A DNA stretch of 64,000 bases from a bacterium (GTDB taxonomy: Bacteria; Myxococcota_A; UBA9160; SZUA-336), in contig JAAELY010000266.1 in assembly GCA_024226335.1 (NCBI GenBank), forward strand, positions 9,515-73,514, given 5' to 3'. The position numbers and the translations under genes were made by a program. The notes below the pieces were generated by a model, which saw only the letters and a program-made list of their open reading frames with translations, was not told the origin of the DNA and did no database searches. Below, piece after piece: positions 50,890-64,000 of the stretch (its first letter is position 1; every line of letters starts with the position of its first letter).

Positions 50890-51888
50890 ATGCCACACCA
50901 GAAACTCGATCGATTCAAGACTGTGAAGCTCGGTCATTGGCCGACACCACTCGAGCCCCTCGACCGACTCAGTGCCTTGCTCGGTGGACCCTCCCTTTTT
51001 GTGAAACGAGACGATTGTTCGGGGCTCGCACTTGGTGGGAACAAGGTGCGGAAGCTGGAATACCTGCTCGCCGATGCGATCGCCCAGGGGGCCGATACGA
51101 TCATTACGGTAGGGGGCGTGCAGTCGAATCACGCCCGTCAGACCGCTGCAGCCGCTGCTCGGGTCGGACTGGCCTGCGAACTGGTGCTACCGCGTCTGGT
51201 TCCGGGGACGGATCCGGAATCCGAGAAGACCGGCAATGTGTTGCTTGACCACCTGCTCGGTGCGCAGGTGCACATCGTCGACGATTACGATGCTGCGGCG
51301 GAGCGAGTGGGAGAGGTCAACGAACGCGTGCTGGCGGGCGGAGGCAAGCCGGCGTTCATCCCGCCGGGTGGATCGACAGAGATCGGGTCACTGGGTTTCG
51401 CTGCTGCGGCCGTCGAGATGCGCGATCAACTCGAGAGCGCGGATCTGCACATCGATCGCATCGTTCTCGCAGTCAGTAGCGGGGGGACTCAGGCTGGACT
51501 TGTCGCGGGCCTGGCGATGTTGGACCTCGATGTTCCCGTGACTGGAATCTGCGTATATGCCGACGCAGAGGAGACGCACGCGACGGTCGCCTCGCTGGTC
51601 GAAACCACGGCCGACCGGCTGGAAATCCCGACGCCACCGGATGAGAGCATTCGCGTCGATGGGAAATACCTCGGGGACGGGTACGGCGTACCCACGAATG
51701 CGACGACGGATGCGCTGCACGTCTGCGCGCGCGTCGAGGGCCTACTACTCGACCCGGTGTACACGGGAAAGGCGATGGGCGGTCTGATCGAGGCGATTCG
51801 GGAAGGGGAAATCGGTCCAGGCGAAAACGTGTTGTTCTGGCACACGGGGGGGGCGCCCGCGCTATTCGCCTACCCGACGGCAGTCTGA
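50890..51888 (+). CDS. PLP-dependent ACC deaminase/D-cysteine desulfhydrase family protein
   Basis: HWPTPLEPLDRLS...KRDDCSGLALGGNKVRKLEYLLADAI (PLP lysine context) and GGVQSNHARQTAAAAARVG. Confidence 0.75.
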   Translation: MPHQKLDRFKTVKLGHWPTPLEPLDRLSALLGGPSLFVKRDDCSGLALGGNKVRKLEYLLADAIAQGADTIITVGGVQSNHARQTAAAAARVGLACELVLPRLVPGTDPESEKTGNVLLDHLLGAQVHIVDDYDAAAERVGEVNERVLAGGGKPAFIPPGGSTEIGSLGFAAAAVEMRDQLESADLHIDRIVLAVSSGGTQAGLVAGLAMLDLDVPVTGICVYADAEETHATVASLVETTADRLEIPTPPDESIRVDGKYLGDGYGVPTNATTDALHVCARVEGLLLDPVYTGKAMGGLIEAIREGEIGPGENVLFWHTGGAPALFAYPTAV

Positions 51889-51892
51889 TTGC

Positions 51893-55582
<3,690 letters not shown>

Positions 55583-55794
55583 GGCTGCGCGAATGATAGA
55601 CGGGATCGGCAGCCTGTGCAGTCCCTCTTGACTAGGTTTTTCGCCATTCCGCGAAGGCTGAGGGCCTTTCAGGCCGGACTGACAGAAGATCGTTCGGTCA
55701 AGCCTCTACCCCGGGGTTACCCGGCCGGGAATTGCTACGTTGCATTGCCCCCTGCCGAAAAAACGTCCCCCGCAGCCCAATCAAAGGAATTCGC

Positions 55795-57246
55795 ATGTCA
55801 GAGCCCGAGCCGGTGAGTTCTCTTTCCTTTTTCGCAGATCGCTTCGGTGTCGACGAGAACAGCCTGGCCGCCACGCTCGGAACTGCACTCGAGCGGCCGA
55901 TCGACTACGCAGATCTGTTCTTCGAGTACAGCACCCAGGATTCCGTTTCGCTCGAAGAGGGCATCGTCAAAGGCGGCAGTCGACACCTGGAGCAGGGAGT
56001 GGGCGTGCGCGCACAGGTCGGCGAACGCCAGGGCTATGCGCACTCCGACGAGATCACGGTCGACAGTCTGAAACTCGCCGCCACGACTGCGCGCGCGATC
56101 GCGCAGGGGAGCAGTGAAGATCGTTCGGTCGCCGTGTCGGGAAAGGGGCAGGCGGTACGCGATCTGTATCCGGTTGCCCAGCCTGCGACCGAAGTGGCGG
56201 TTTCGCAGAAGGTCGACTTGCTCGAAGAGATCGACGCCTACGCGCGTGCACACGATCCACGCGTCAAGCAGGTGATGGCCAGCGTGATCGCACAACACCG
56301 CCACCTCCTGATTGCGGGCAGCGACGGTCGCCTGGTCGGAGACATTCAACCGCTCGTGCGTCTGAACGTGCAGGTGATTGCCGAAGACGGTTCGCAACGC
56401 GAAATCGGCTACCAGGGGATGGGCGGGCGCTACGGTTTTGACGAACTGGTCGATCCCAAGGCCTGGAAGAAGCTGGTCGATCAGGCGGTACACGCCGCGG
56501 TCGTCAATCTGGAGGCGCAGGCGTGTCCTGCGGGTACCATGGACGTGGTGCTGGGACCGGGTTGGCCGGGCATCCTCCTGCACGAGGCGATCGGTCACGG
56601 TCTGGAAGGTGATTTCAATCGCAAGAAGACCTCGGCGTTTTCCGATCGGGTTGGCGAACGCGTGGCGGCAGACGGAGTGACGGTCATCGACGACGGCACG
56701 CTGGAGAAGCGGCGCGGATCTCTCAACGTGGACGACGAGGGCACGCCGACGCAACGCAATGTGCTGATCGAGAACGGCATCTTGCTCGGCTATATGCAGG
56801 ATCGACTCAACGCTCGTTTGATGGGCGTTCCCGAGACCGGCAACGGCCGTCGCGAAAGTTACGCGCATCTGCCGATTCCGCGCATGACCAATACCTTCAT
56901 GCTCGCGGGCGACGACGATCCCGAAGACATTCTCAAGTCGGTCAAGAACGGTCTGTACGCGGTTTCATTTGGCGGCGGTCAGGTCGACATCACCAGCGGC
57001 AAGTTCGTGTTCTCGGCCAGCGAAGCCTTCCGCATCGAAGACGGACGCATCGGTGCGCCGGTCAAGGGAGCGACGTTGATCGGCAATGGACCCGACGTGC
57101 TGACGCGCGTCTCGCGCATCGGGCACGATCTGGAACTGGACTGGGGTGTGGGCACCTGCGGCAAAGACGGGCAGGGCGTTCCGGTGGGAGTCGGACTGCC
57201 GACGATCCGCCTCGACGCGCTGACGGTGGGAGGGACGGAAGGATGA
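55795..57246 (+). CDS. tldD: Metalloprotease TldD
   Basis: HEAIGHGLEGD zinc-binding motif and full-length TldD-like sequence. Start at MSEPEP. Confidence 0.85.
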   Translation: MSEPEPVSSLSFFADRFGVDENSLAATLGTALERPIDYADLFFEYSTQDSVSLEEGIVKGGSRHLEQGVGVRAQVGERQGYAHSDEITVDSLKLAATTARAIAQGSSEDRSVAVSGKGQAVRDLYPVAQPATEVAVSQKVDLLEEIDAYARAHDPRVKQVMASVIAQHRHLLIAGSDGRLVGDIQPLVRLNVQVIAEDGSQREIGYQGMGGRYGFDELVDPKAWKKLVDQAVHAAVVNLEAQACPAGTMDVVLGPGWPGILLHEAIGHGLEGDFNRKKTSAFSDRVGERVAADGVTVIDDGTLEKRRGSLNVDDEGTPTQRNVLIENGILLGYMQDRLNARLMGVPETGNGRRESYAHLPIPRMTNTFMLAGDDDPEDILKSVKNGLYAVSFGGGQVDITSGKFVFSASEAFRIEDGRIGAPVKGATLIGNGPDVLTRVSRIGHDLELDWGVGTCGKDGQGVPVGVGLPTIRLDALTVGGTEG

Positions 57247-58592
57247 GCGGCAAGGCCGTCGAGCGGGCGATCGAGCGGGCGATGCAAGCGGGAGCGGCCG
57301 AATCCGATGCCGTGTTGATCGAAAGCGATGCGTTGGAGGCACGTGTGCGCGGCGAAGAGATCGACTTCGTGAAGCAGGCGCGCGAGAAAACTCTGGGTAT
57401 TCGCGTGCTCGTACAAGGCAAGTCGGGCTTGCGCAGCGCGGTCACGTCGACCAGCGATCTCGCGCCCGAGATGATCGACAAGATGGCCGGCGAAACCGTC
57501 GAACTCGCGCACGCGATCGCCGAGGATCCGACCGCCGGTCTACCCGAAGAGGCTTTCGCAGAAGGGCTCCCGGACCTGGATCTCTTCGATCCCGGCGATC
57601 GCCCCTGGTCGGTCGAAGATCGCATCGACGCCGCGCGCAGGGCCGAATCCGCCGCGCGGGATTTTGATCCGCGCATCGTCAACTCCGAGGGTTCACAGGT
57701 CAGCGCGGATTTCTCGCGCGTCGTGTACGGATCCAGCAAGGGATTTCTGGGTGAGTACGAGAAGGCGGGGCACTCGCTGTTCGCGGAGCCGCTCGCCGAA
57801 GAAGGCGGATCGAAGCAACGCGACTATTGGATGACTGTGGCGCGGCGACTTTCGGATCTGGACGCACCCGAAGACGTGGGACGCCGCGCCGCCGAGCGTG
57901 CGGTCCGGCGACTGGGGGGCCGGCAGGTGCCGACCTGTGAGGCCGCGGTGATCTTTGACTCTATGACTGCACCGAGTCTTCTCGGGCAGCTTTCGCAGTG
58001 TCTCAACGGCTACTCGGTGTATCGCGGCACGAGCTTTCTCGCCGGTCGAATCGGCGAACAGATCGCGGTGCCGGGTTTCAATCTGATCGATGACGGTCGT
58101 CGTCCCGGAGGCCTGGGCAGCAAGCCCTTCGACGGCGAAGGCCTGGCCACGCGCCGCAATCAGTTGGTCGAAAACGGGGAACTGCGTACTTATCTGCTCG
58201 ACAGTTATTCCGCTCGCAAGCTCAGCATGAATTCGACGGGCAACGCCACTCGTAGCGTTTCGGGACCGCCTGCCGCCGGTTCGACCAATCTCTGGCTGGA
58301 GCCGGGTGCGCAGACGCTCGACGAGCTGATTGCGGCGACCGACAAGGGGCTGCTCGTGACCGAGTTGATCGGTATGGGATTCAATCCCGTAACCGGAGAC
58401 TACTCGCGCGGTGCGGCGGGGCTGTGGATCGAGAAGGGCAAGATCGTGCATCCCGTAGAGGAAGTAACGATTGCCGGGAACTTCGGTGCCATGCTCGAAT
58501 CAATCGACGCGATTGGCAGCGAACTCGTCTGGCATCGCAGCGTGGCTTCACCGCCGTTGCGCATTGCAAAGATGACGATTGCGGGAGCCTAG
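57243..58592 (+). CDS. pmbA: Metalloprotease PmbA/TldE
   Basis: PmbA/TldD-fold paralog immediately downstream of tldD. The start overlaps the tldD stop. Confidence 0.8.
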   Translation: MSGKAVERAIERAMQAGAAESDAVLIESDALEARVRGEEIDFVKQAREKTLGIRVLVQGKSGLRSAVTSTSDLAPEMIDKMAGETVELAHAIAEDPTAGLPEEAFAEGLPDLDLFDPGDRPWSVEDRIDAARRAESAARDFDPRIVNSEGSQVSADFSRVVYGSSKGFLGEYEKAGHSLFAEPLAEEGGSKQRDYWMTVARRLSDLDAPEDVGRRAAERAVRRLGGRQVPTCEAAVIFDSMTAPSLLGQLSQCLNGYSVYRGTSFLAGRIGEQIAVPGFNLIDDGRRPGGLGSKPFDGEGLATRRNQLVENGELRTYLLDSYSARKLSMNSTGNATRSVSGPPAAGSTNLWLEPGAQTLDELIAATDKGLLVTELIGMGFNPVTGDYSRGAAGLWIEKGKIVHPVEEVTIAGNFGAMLESIDAIGSELVWHRSVASPPLRIAKMTIAGA

Positions 58593-58628
58593 AGGCCCGG
58601 CCAGAAATGCGGGCCAGCCCGCGTGCGC

Positions 58629-58943
58629 TCAGTTGAGCGGATTGACCGTCACGTAGCGACCGTCTTCGAAGCTCCGGAAGAACTCTTCGACCATCGGGTG
58701 TTCAACCGGTTCGGGCTCGGGATCGGCGCACAGGTTGCGCTGGGCTACGTACGTGGTCGTATCGCCGCCGTGCACGAGCACGTGGTACCACGGGCGGTCC
58801 TTCGGTGGACGGGAGCGAGCGACTTCTTCGTACCATTCGTCGCTGAGCTGGAACGTGGCATCGACGTCCACGATCACGCCGCGGTAGTCGAATCGTTGGT
58901 GTGTGACCAGCTGACCGATGTCGAAGAGGGCTTCATCATCCAT
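58629..58943 (-). CDS. hspQ: Heat-shock protein HspQ (YccV-like hemimethylated-DNA-binding domain)
   Basis: FDIGQLVTHQRFDYRGVIVDVD ... WYHVL pattern of HspQ. Start at MDDEAL, though an earlier in-frame Met is possible. Confidence 0.6.
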   Translation of the reverse strand: MDDEALFDIGQLVTHQRFDYRGVIVDVDATFQLSDEWYEEVARSRPPKDRPWYHVLVHGGDTTTYVAQRNLCADPEPEPVEHPMVEEFFRSFEDGRYVTVNPLN

Positions 58944-58988
58944 GCGTGAAAGAAACATGCGTCGCCCCGACGCAATCCGCAAGCTTGC

Positions 58989-59789
58989 TCAGCGCAAGAG
59001 GTGCAACGCGGCGCCCGACAAGATGTTCGCCTGTGCAGAAACGGCGATCTGGAACTCCTGCTGGACTTGATTCTTGGCGAGTTCAGCCGTCGCTTTTGCG
59101 ACATCCGCGTCCACGAGGCGCGAGTTCGCCGCCGCTGTGTTCTCTCTTTGCGCCTGCAGGTTGTGGATGCCCGATTCGAGACGATTGCCAAATGCGCCAA
59201 GCTCCGCGCGGCTGGAATTGATCGAAGTCATGGCCGAATCGATGTTCTCGAGAGAAGCCGGATCCGTCACATCGAATCCCGCCAGGCCCAGCGCGTCCGC
59301 GCTACTGTCGGCGATCGACAACTGTATGGCGCCCTCGGCGCTGCCATCGCGCAGCGTCACCGCGTTGCTACCCGACAGTTCGCCCGTTAGAAGACCCTGC
59401 CCGTTGAACTGCGTGGCCTTCGACAGACGCGTGATCTCGCTGGTGATCGCATCGGCTTCGGACTGAAGAGCGGCCCGTCCGGTGTCGTCGAGCACTGGAC
59501 TGCCCGCTTGTACCGAGAGTTCCCGCAGTCGCGACAGTTGCTCGCCGATCTGCCCGAGACCGCTCTCGGCCGTCTGTGTGAGCGATACGCCGTCGTTCAG
59601 ATTGCGTTCGCCCTGCGCCAGCGCCCGTTCGAAGGCTCTCAGATTCTCGGACCGAGCCAGTGCGGAGGCGTCATCCGAAGCCGAGTTGACGCGCTTCAGG
59701 CTGCTGAGCTGAGAGAAGGTCTTGTGCAACGCGTTCTGTGTGCGCTCCATCGGCGACGTCCGAGCCGCAATTTCGAGTCCTATGCCCAT
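58989..59789 (-). CDS. Short flagellin/FlgL-family protein (only N- and C-terminal helical domains)
   Basis: Flagellin N-domain (LSSLKRVNSASDDASALA) and C-domain (NSRLVDADVAKATAELAKNQVQQE...LLR) motifs. Only 266 aa. Not adjacent to other flagellar structural genes. Confidence 0.65.
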   Translation of the reverse strand: MGIGLEIAARTSPMERTQNALHKTFSQLSSLKRVNSASDDASALARSENLRAFERALAQGERNLNDGVSLTQTAESGLGQIGEQLSRLRELSVQAGSPVLDDTGRAALQSEADAITSEITRLSKATQFNGQGLLTGELSGSNAVTLRDGSAEGAIQLSIADSSADALGLAGFDVTDPASLENIDSAMTSINSSRAELGAFGNRLESGIHNLQAQRENTAAANSRLVDADVAKATAELAKNQVQQEFQIAVSAQANILSGAALHLLR

Positions 59790-60009
59790 GATAATCCTGA
59801 CGATTTGCCCGCTTCGGCCCCCTCGGCGAAGCTGTGGAAAGTTACGTCTATATCGGACAGGAGCGCCCAGACCTGAACGTCGTCGCCCGAACAGCGTTGC
59901 GGTCGTAGCTCAATGTGATACAAATGAACACATGACATCCGATGAAGAATCCAGAGATGAAAAGCGTTCGCGGCGCGGCCGGCGCCGAGGACGGAGAAAG
60001 GAAAAGGTC

Positions 60010-60606
60010 ATGCACACACGAATCTCCGATGAGCTGGATGAATCGTTGAGGCGGGCGGCCGAGGAATTGCGCGTGCCGGTTTCGAACCTGGTGCGCAATC
60101 TGCTCGAAGACGCGGTCGATGTGGTCGAGACGGTGACCGACAACGTCGGCGATCTGGTCGAAGACGTGGTCGAAGAAGCCCGGGACTTCGGTCATCGCTT
60201 CGAAGACCGCTGGCGGCACCGGGTTCGCGAAACGCGCGAGCGTGGGCGTGACGCGGGAGAGCGCGCGAAAGAAGGCGGACGCGTCGCCCGCGAAGCCGCC
60301 GAGATTGCCCGGGACGTGGCCTACAAGGCGCGCGACGCGGCGCTCCATGCCGCCGAATCGCTGCGTGACGACCGCGAAGACGAAGCCCGGGACGACGCGG
60401 GCGTCGAGACGCCTTCTCGACCCGAAGCACAACCCCTGGAGTTTCCCGACGTGGCCGGTTGGCAGCCGCTGGTGCTCAACGCTGAACAGGAATGCGCAGG
60501 TTGTGGCCGACACCTCTTCCGCGGCGATAGCGGTTATCTGGCGGTCGGCGATCCGAAGCACACGACGACCTATCTGTGCGAGAACTGCCTGGAGTCGCTG
60601 GACTGA
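60010..60606 (+). CDS. Ribbon-helix-helix (CopG/Arc-like) domain protein with charged coiled region and C-terminal zinc ribbon
   Basis: HTRISDELDESLRRAAEELRVPVSNLVRNLLEDA matches an RHH beta-strand plus two helices. C-terminal CAGCG...CENC is a four-Cys ribbon. A purine-rich Shine-Dalgarno precedes the ATG at 60010. An upstream in-frame ATG at 59932 is less likely. Confidence 0.4.
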   Translation: MHTRISDELDESLRRAAEELRVPVSNLVRNLLEDAVDVVETVTDNVGDLVEDVVEEARDFGHRFEDRWRHRVRETRERGRDAGERAKEGGRVAREAAEIARDVAYKARDAALHAAESLRDDREDEARDDAGVETPSRPEAQPLEFPDVAGWQPLVLNAEQECAGCGRHLFRGDSGYLAVGDPKHTTTYLCENCLESLD

Positions 60607-60711
60607 CCCGGCGGCCGGACGGGGTCTTCAACTCCACACTCGCTCCTTCGCGAACTCCGACAAACCCCCGTCCGTGCGGGTACACTAGCGCGCGCGGCAC
60701 CAGGAGGAGCG

Positions 60712-61170
60712 ATGTCCGGAAAGTACTTCGAAGAACTCCAGGTCGGCGATGTATTCAACCATCAACCCGGCCGAACCATCACCGAGACCGACAATCTGTT
60801 GTTCTCGACGTTGACGATGAACCCACAGCCCCTGCACCTGGACGCGGAGTACGCCGCGAGCGCGGAGTTCGGCCAGATTCTGGTCAACAGCCTGTTCACG
60901 CTCGGGCTGCTGGTGGGGTTGAGTGTCGGCGACACGACGCTGGGGACAACGGTCGGCAATCTGGGTTTCGAGAAGGTCGAATTTCCCAAGCCGGTCTTCC
61001 TGGGCGACACACTCGTGGCGCGGACCGAAGTGGTCGATCGCCGCGAATCCAAATCGCGCCCCGAATGGGGCATCGTTACGTTCGAGCACCGGGCGACCAA
61101 TCAGCGCGGAGAGATCGTGGCGCGCTGTCGGCGCGCGGCCATGATGCGCCGCAACACGGCGGTGGCCTGA
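60712..61170 (+). CDS. MaoC-like (R)-hydratase hotdog-fold protein
   Basis: [33 protein letters not shown] is the MaoC dehydratase signature. Confidence 0.8.
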   Translation: MSGKYFEELQVGDVFNHQPGRTITETDNLLFSTLTMNPQPLHLDAEYAASAEFGQILVNSLFTLGLLVGLSVGDTTLGTTVGNLGFEKVEFPKPVFLGDTLVARTEVVDRRESKSRPEWGIVTFEHRATNQRGEIVARCRRAAMMRRNTAVA

Positions 61171-61194
61171 AGGGCGCCAGGCGAAAGGTATTCG

Positions 61195-61650
61195 ATGTCC
61201 GAACTTCCCGGTCCCGATTCAGAACACCCCGCGCAACGGGCGGCCTGGCGTTCGATGGACGCCGTCCTGCGCGGAGACAAGCAGACCTGGGTCGATGGTT
61301 TTGCCGATGACGGGATTGTCGAGGACCCCGTCGGCAAGTCGATTCTCGATCCCGAGGGCAAAGGACATCGAGGCAAGGAAAAGATCGAAGCGTTCTGGGA
61401 CAAGAACATCGCCGCCGCGCGTCCCGTGTTTCAGCTTCAGCACTCGATCGTCTCGGGGGATGAGTGCGCCAACATCGGCACGCTGATGATTCAATTCGAA
61501 AACGGAATGCTCACCAAGCTCTTTGGCGTGTTCGTGTACCGGGTGAACGACGAGGGCAAGGTCCTGTCGCTGCGCACGTACTGGGAACCGTCGAAGATGG
61601 AGATGATCCCGCCGCCCGAATTTCCGCGCGGTTCGGGATCCTCGGACTGA
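61195..61650 (+). CDS. SnoaL/NTF2-like fold protein
   Basis: About 150 aa with the NTF2-like cone pattern (FADDGIVEDPVG...EKIEAFWDKN). Low-specificity call. Confidence 0.5.
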   Translation: MSELPGPDSEHPAQRAAWRSMDAVLRGDKQTWVDGFADDGIVEDPVGKSILDPEGKGHRGKEKIEAFWDKNIAAARPVFQLQHSIVSGDECANIGTLMIQFENGMLTKLFGVFVYRVNDEGKVLSLRTYWEPSKMEMIPPPEFPRGSGSSD

Positions 61651-61675
61651 TCGAGCCGCGAAAACCTTCGAGGGG

Positions 61676-62602
61676 ATGACTCAAGCCATGCGCATCGGAC
61701 TCTTCAGCCAGACCTCATTGCTGCCCACGGCCACATTGGAAGACGTCATCGGGGAAGCGCGGGTCATCGAGGCCGATGGCTTCGACTTCATTTCCTACCC
61801 CAACGTCTTTGGCTTCGATGCCATGACTCTCGCGGCCCTGGTGGGTCGCGAAACCGCGCGCATCGAACTCGTGACCGGAGTCGTGCCGTCGCCTCCGCGA
61901 CACCCCGCCGCCATGGCCCAGCACGCGTTGACCGTCCAGGTCGCCTGCGCAGGTCGGTTTACCCTCGGGATCGGTCTTTCCCACAAGATTGTCATCGAGG
62001 ACATGTTTGGCCTCTCCTACGCAAAGCCCGCCAAGCAGATGCGCGAGTACCTCGGGGTGCTTGCACCCCTTCTGCGCGGGGAACCTGCGGCTTTCGATGG
62101 CGAGGTCTACCGGGTCCACGCACGGCTCCAGGTCGCGGGAGCCGATCCGGTTCCACTGCTGATCGCCGCACTCGGCCCGCTCATGCTCGAAGTCGCGGGA
62201 ACTCTGGCGGACGGCACCTCGACCTGGATGTCGGGTCTGCAGACCCTGTCGAAGCACATCGTGCCTTCGATCAACGATGCGGCCAGAAGCGCGGGTCGCG
62301 CAGCGCCGCGCATTCTTGCGGCCCTTCCGACGGCGCTGGTCTCGGATGTGGAAGCGGCGCGCGCGAAGGCCAACAAGAGTTTCGCCGTGTACAACACCCT
62401 GCCTTCCTATCGCGCCATGCTCGATCGCGAGGGCAGTGGCAGCCAACCCGGTGATGTGGCGCTGCTCGGCGACGAGGCGGAACTGCGCAAGTGCGTCGAC
62501 CGACTGGTCGACGCCGGAGTGACGGATTTCTGCGCGGTGCCCTTCGGAGCGGATAGCGGCGCAGCCACCCGTACGCAGGAGTTCTTGAAGTCGCTCCTCT
62601 GA
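61676..62602 (+). CDS. LLM-class (luciferase-like) flavin-dependent oxidoreductase
   Basis: TIM-barrel LLM pattern (FDFISYPNVFG, RFTLGIGLSH, PLLIAALGPLMLEVAGTLADG). Confidence 0.75.
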   Translation: MTQAMRIGLFSQTSLLPTATLEDVIGEARVIEADGFDFISYPNVFGFDAMTLAALVGRETARIELVTGVVPSPPRHPAAMAQHALTVQVACAGRFTLGIGLSHKIVIEDMFGLSYAKPAKQMREYLGVLAPLLRGEPAAFDGEVYRVHARLQVAGADPVPLLIAALGPLMLEVAGTLADGTSTWMSGLQTLSKHIVPSINDAARSAGRAAPRILAALPTALVSDVEAARAKANKSFAVYNTLPSYRAMLDREGSGSQPGDVALLGDEAELRKCVDRLVDAGVTDFCAVPFGADSGAATRTQEFLKSLL

Positions 62603-62628
62603 CAGACCCCCTTCCCCGAGGTTCCGAG

Positions 62629-62985
62629 ATGATCAAACTCGTCTACTGCGTGCGCCGAAACCCCGCTCTGTCAGCGGAGGAATTTCGCAAGACCTGGTTG
62701 AACGACCACGGACCGCTGGTGAAGTCGCTGCGCAAAGTCCTGGGCATGGTGCGCTACGTGCAGAGCCACACGCTCGTGGAAGCGAGCGAAGCCGTTCGCC
62801 AGCCGCGCGGCGCGGCGCCGCCCTACGACGGAATCACCGAAGTCTGGTTCGAGCGACTCGAATCCCTGGGCGTCGATGCGGAGGCCGCGACCGAGGCCGC
62901 GCGACTCTTGCTCGAGGACGAGAAGCGCTTCATCGATCTGGAAAATTCCGCCGTATTCCTCACAGAAGAGCACGAGATCTTCTAG
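62629..62985 (+). CDS. EthD-domain protein
   Basis: About 118 aa. MIKLVYCVRRNPALSAEEFRKTWLNDHGPLV is typical of the EthD family. Confidence 0.6.
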   Translation: MIKLVYCVRRNPALSAEEFRKTWLNDHGPLVKSLRKVLGMVRYVQSHTLVEASEAVRQPRGAAPPYDGITEVWFERLESLGVDAEAATEAARLLLEDEKRFIDLENSAVFLTEEHEIF

Positions 62986-63012
62986 AGGCGATCGCGCGGG
63001 TTCCTCCTGCGT

Positions 63013-63978
63013 CTACTTTGCGGCCTCTGGATGCCGGGGTGTCCAGTTCTGTAGCCAGCCCGGTTCCGCGTACAGATCCACGCGTCCATTGATCCGATAG
63101 ACCACCGGATACACGCCCTCGCCCTGTAGTTCTCCGGCCTGGATCGCGCGCAGCGCGGACTGCAGATCCTTTACATCTTCGACCGCCAGTTCCGGTGCTC
63201 CCGGGGGAGCGACGCGATGTGCGCCGAACACGCGCGCGTCTGGTCGCACGGCGCCCAGGACGGTGCTCGCGCCTTGCAGGTAATCGCCCATGCCACTGTT
63301 CGGGAGCATTCCGAACAGCGGCCCGGGATAGATGAAGTCGCCCGTGAACAGGTCTCCCGATTTCAAGTCGAGCAGCGACACCGAGTCTTCGGTATGTCCC
63401 GGCGTGTAGAGCACCTGCAACACTCGGTCGCCCAGCGAGATTCGCGAACCCGGAGCAAGCCACACGTCGACTTGAAGCTCGGGAGCTTCGATGTTTTCGG
63501 CCGCGCCGAGGTGCTCGTCAAACGTGAGTTGCAAGCGGCCGTCGGGCGCGCGCGCGCGCAGATAGGGCAGGTCGAGCACCGCGACGTGCTCGAAGGTGAT
63601 CTGGTTGCCGACGTGATCGTAGTGGAAGTGCGACGGAATGAAGGTGATGGGCCGATCCGTCAAAGCCTGCGCGACCGGGCGGATGTCGCGGTATCCCGGT
63701 CCCGCGTCGAAAAGAACCGCGCGCTCCGAGCCCACGATCAGATAGCTGTAGTTCTGCTGATAGAAACGCGGTTCGCCAATCGCAAACGTGTTTTCATCCA
63801 GCGCCTGCACAGTGAAGTAGTCATCGTGCCAGCGCACGTCCGGGCCTTCGTCCTGCGCTTCCAGAAACTCGGGTGTACCCGACAAAGACAGGCCGTAGGC
63901 CAGAATCACGTGGCGTTGCGCGAGCGCAAGCGCAGCCAGTAGTGCGATGACGATCCCGGTAATCAGAAGCCTCTTCAC
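63013..63978 (-). CDS. MBL-fold metallo-hydrolase, secreted
   Basis: Signal peptide (LLITGIVIALLAALALA). HxHxDH motif (SHFHYDHVG) and downstream His and Asp ligands. Confidence 0.75.
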   Translation of the reverse strand: MKRLLITGIVIALLAALALAQRHVILAYGLSLSGTPEFLEAQDEGPDVRWHDDYFTVQALDENTFAIGEPRFYQQNYSYLIVGSERAVLFDAGPGYRDIRPVAQALTDRPITFIPSHFHYDHVGNQITFEHVAVLDLPYLRARAPDGRLQLTFDEHLGAAENIEAPELQVDVWLAPGSRISLGDRVLQVLYTPGHTEDSVSLLDLKSGDLFTGDFIYPGPLFGMLPNSGMGDYLQGASTVLGAVRPDARVFGAHRVAPPGAPELAVEDVKDLQSALRAIQAGELQGEGVYPVVYRINGRVDLYAEPGWLQNWTPRHPEAAK

Positions 63979-64000
63979 TGTTTCCTCTCGTGGGTCCAGG

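Noticed and set aside
55583-55794. Cobalamin riboswitch upstream of metH
   Set aside because: The divergent metH/tldD intergenic region is short (about 210 bp) and I could not recognise the conserved B12-box. B12 riboswitches usually control metE or btuB rather than metH. Not called.

Overview
High-GC (roughly 63-66%) proteobacterial chromosomal segment, densely coding, with about 60 protein genes on both strands. I could not recognise any rRNA, tRNA, CRISPR array, transposase or integrase. Most of the window is ordinary metabolism and housekeeping. This includes a sulfite-dehydrogenase pair at the 5' edge and an oxidative catabolic cluster (SDR, Rieske oxygenase, AraC, P450, acyl-CoA dehydrogenase, Baeyer-Villiger monooxygenase). 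It also includes an rmlCD/glycosyltransferase surface-polysaccharide cluster, motAB, metH, tldD/pmbA, hspQ, and an isolated short flagellin-family gene. The stand-out locus is a co-directional, translationally coupled eight-gene operon at about 25.0-35.8 kb. It encodes an outer-membrane beta-barrel, a 945-aa secreted protein with a C-terminal c-type haem domain, and a small secreted beta-sandwich protein. These are followed by two tandem dihaem cytochrome c peroxidase (MauG/CCP family) genes and a TAT-signal Rieske subunit. The last gene is an approximately 900-aa molybdopterin subunit with an N-terminal Cx2Cx3C [3Fe-4S] motif. The Rieske plus Mo pair is the architecture of the arsenite oxidase (AioBA) clade. 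The two adjacent peroxidases match what is described for iodate reductase loci (idrP1P2BA) rather than ars/aio loci. The three upstream secreted and outer-membrane genes have no described role in either system. This operon is preceded by an unusually long, AT-richer leader of about 790 bp that contains a G9 homopolymer. I regard this operon as the candidate new or poorly described respiratory or detoxifying oxyanion system in the window. Many long ORFs in the supplied six-frame track are antisense or read-through artefacts of high GC content and were not called.
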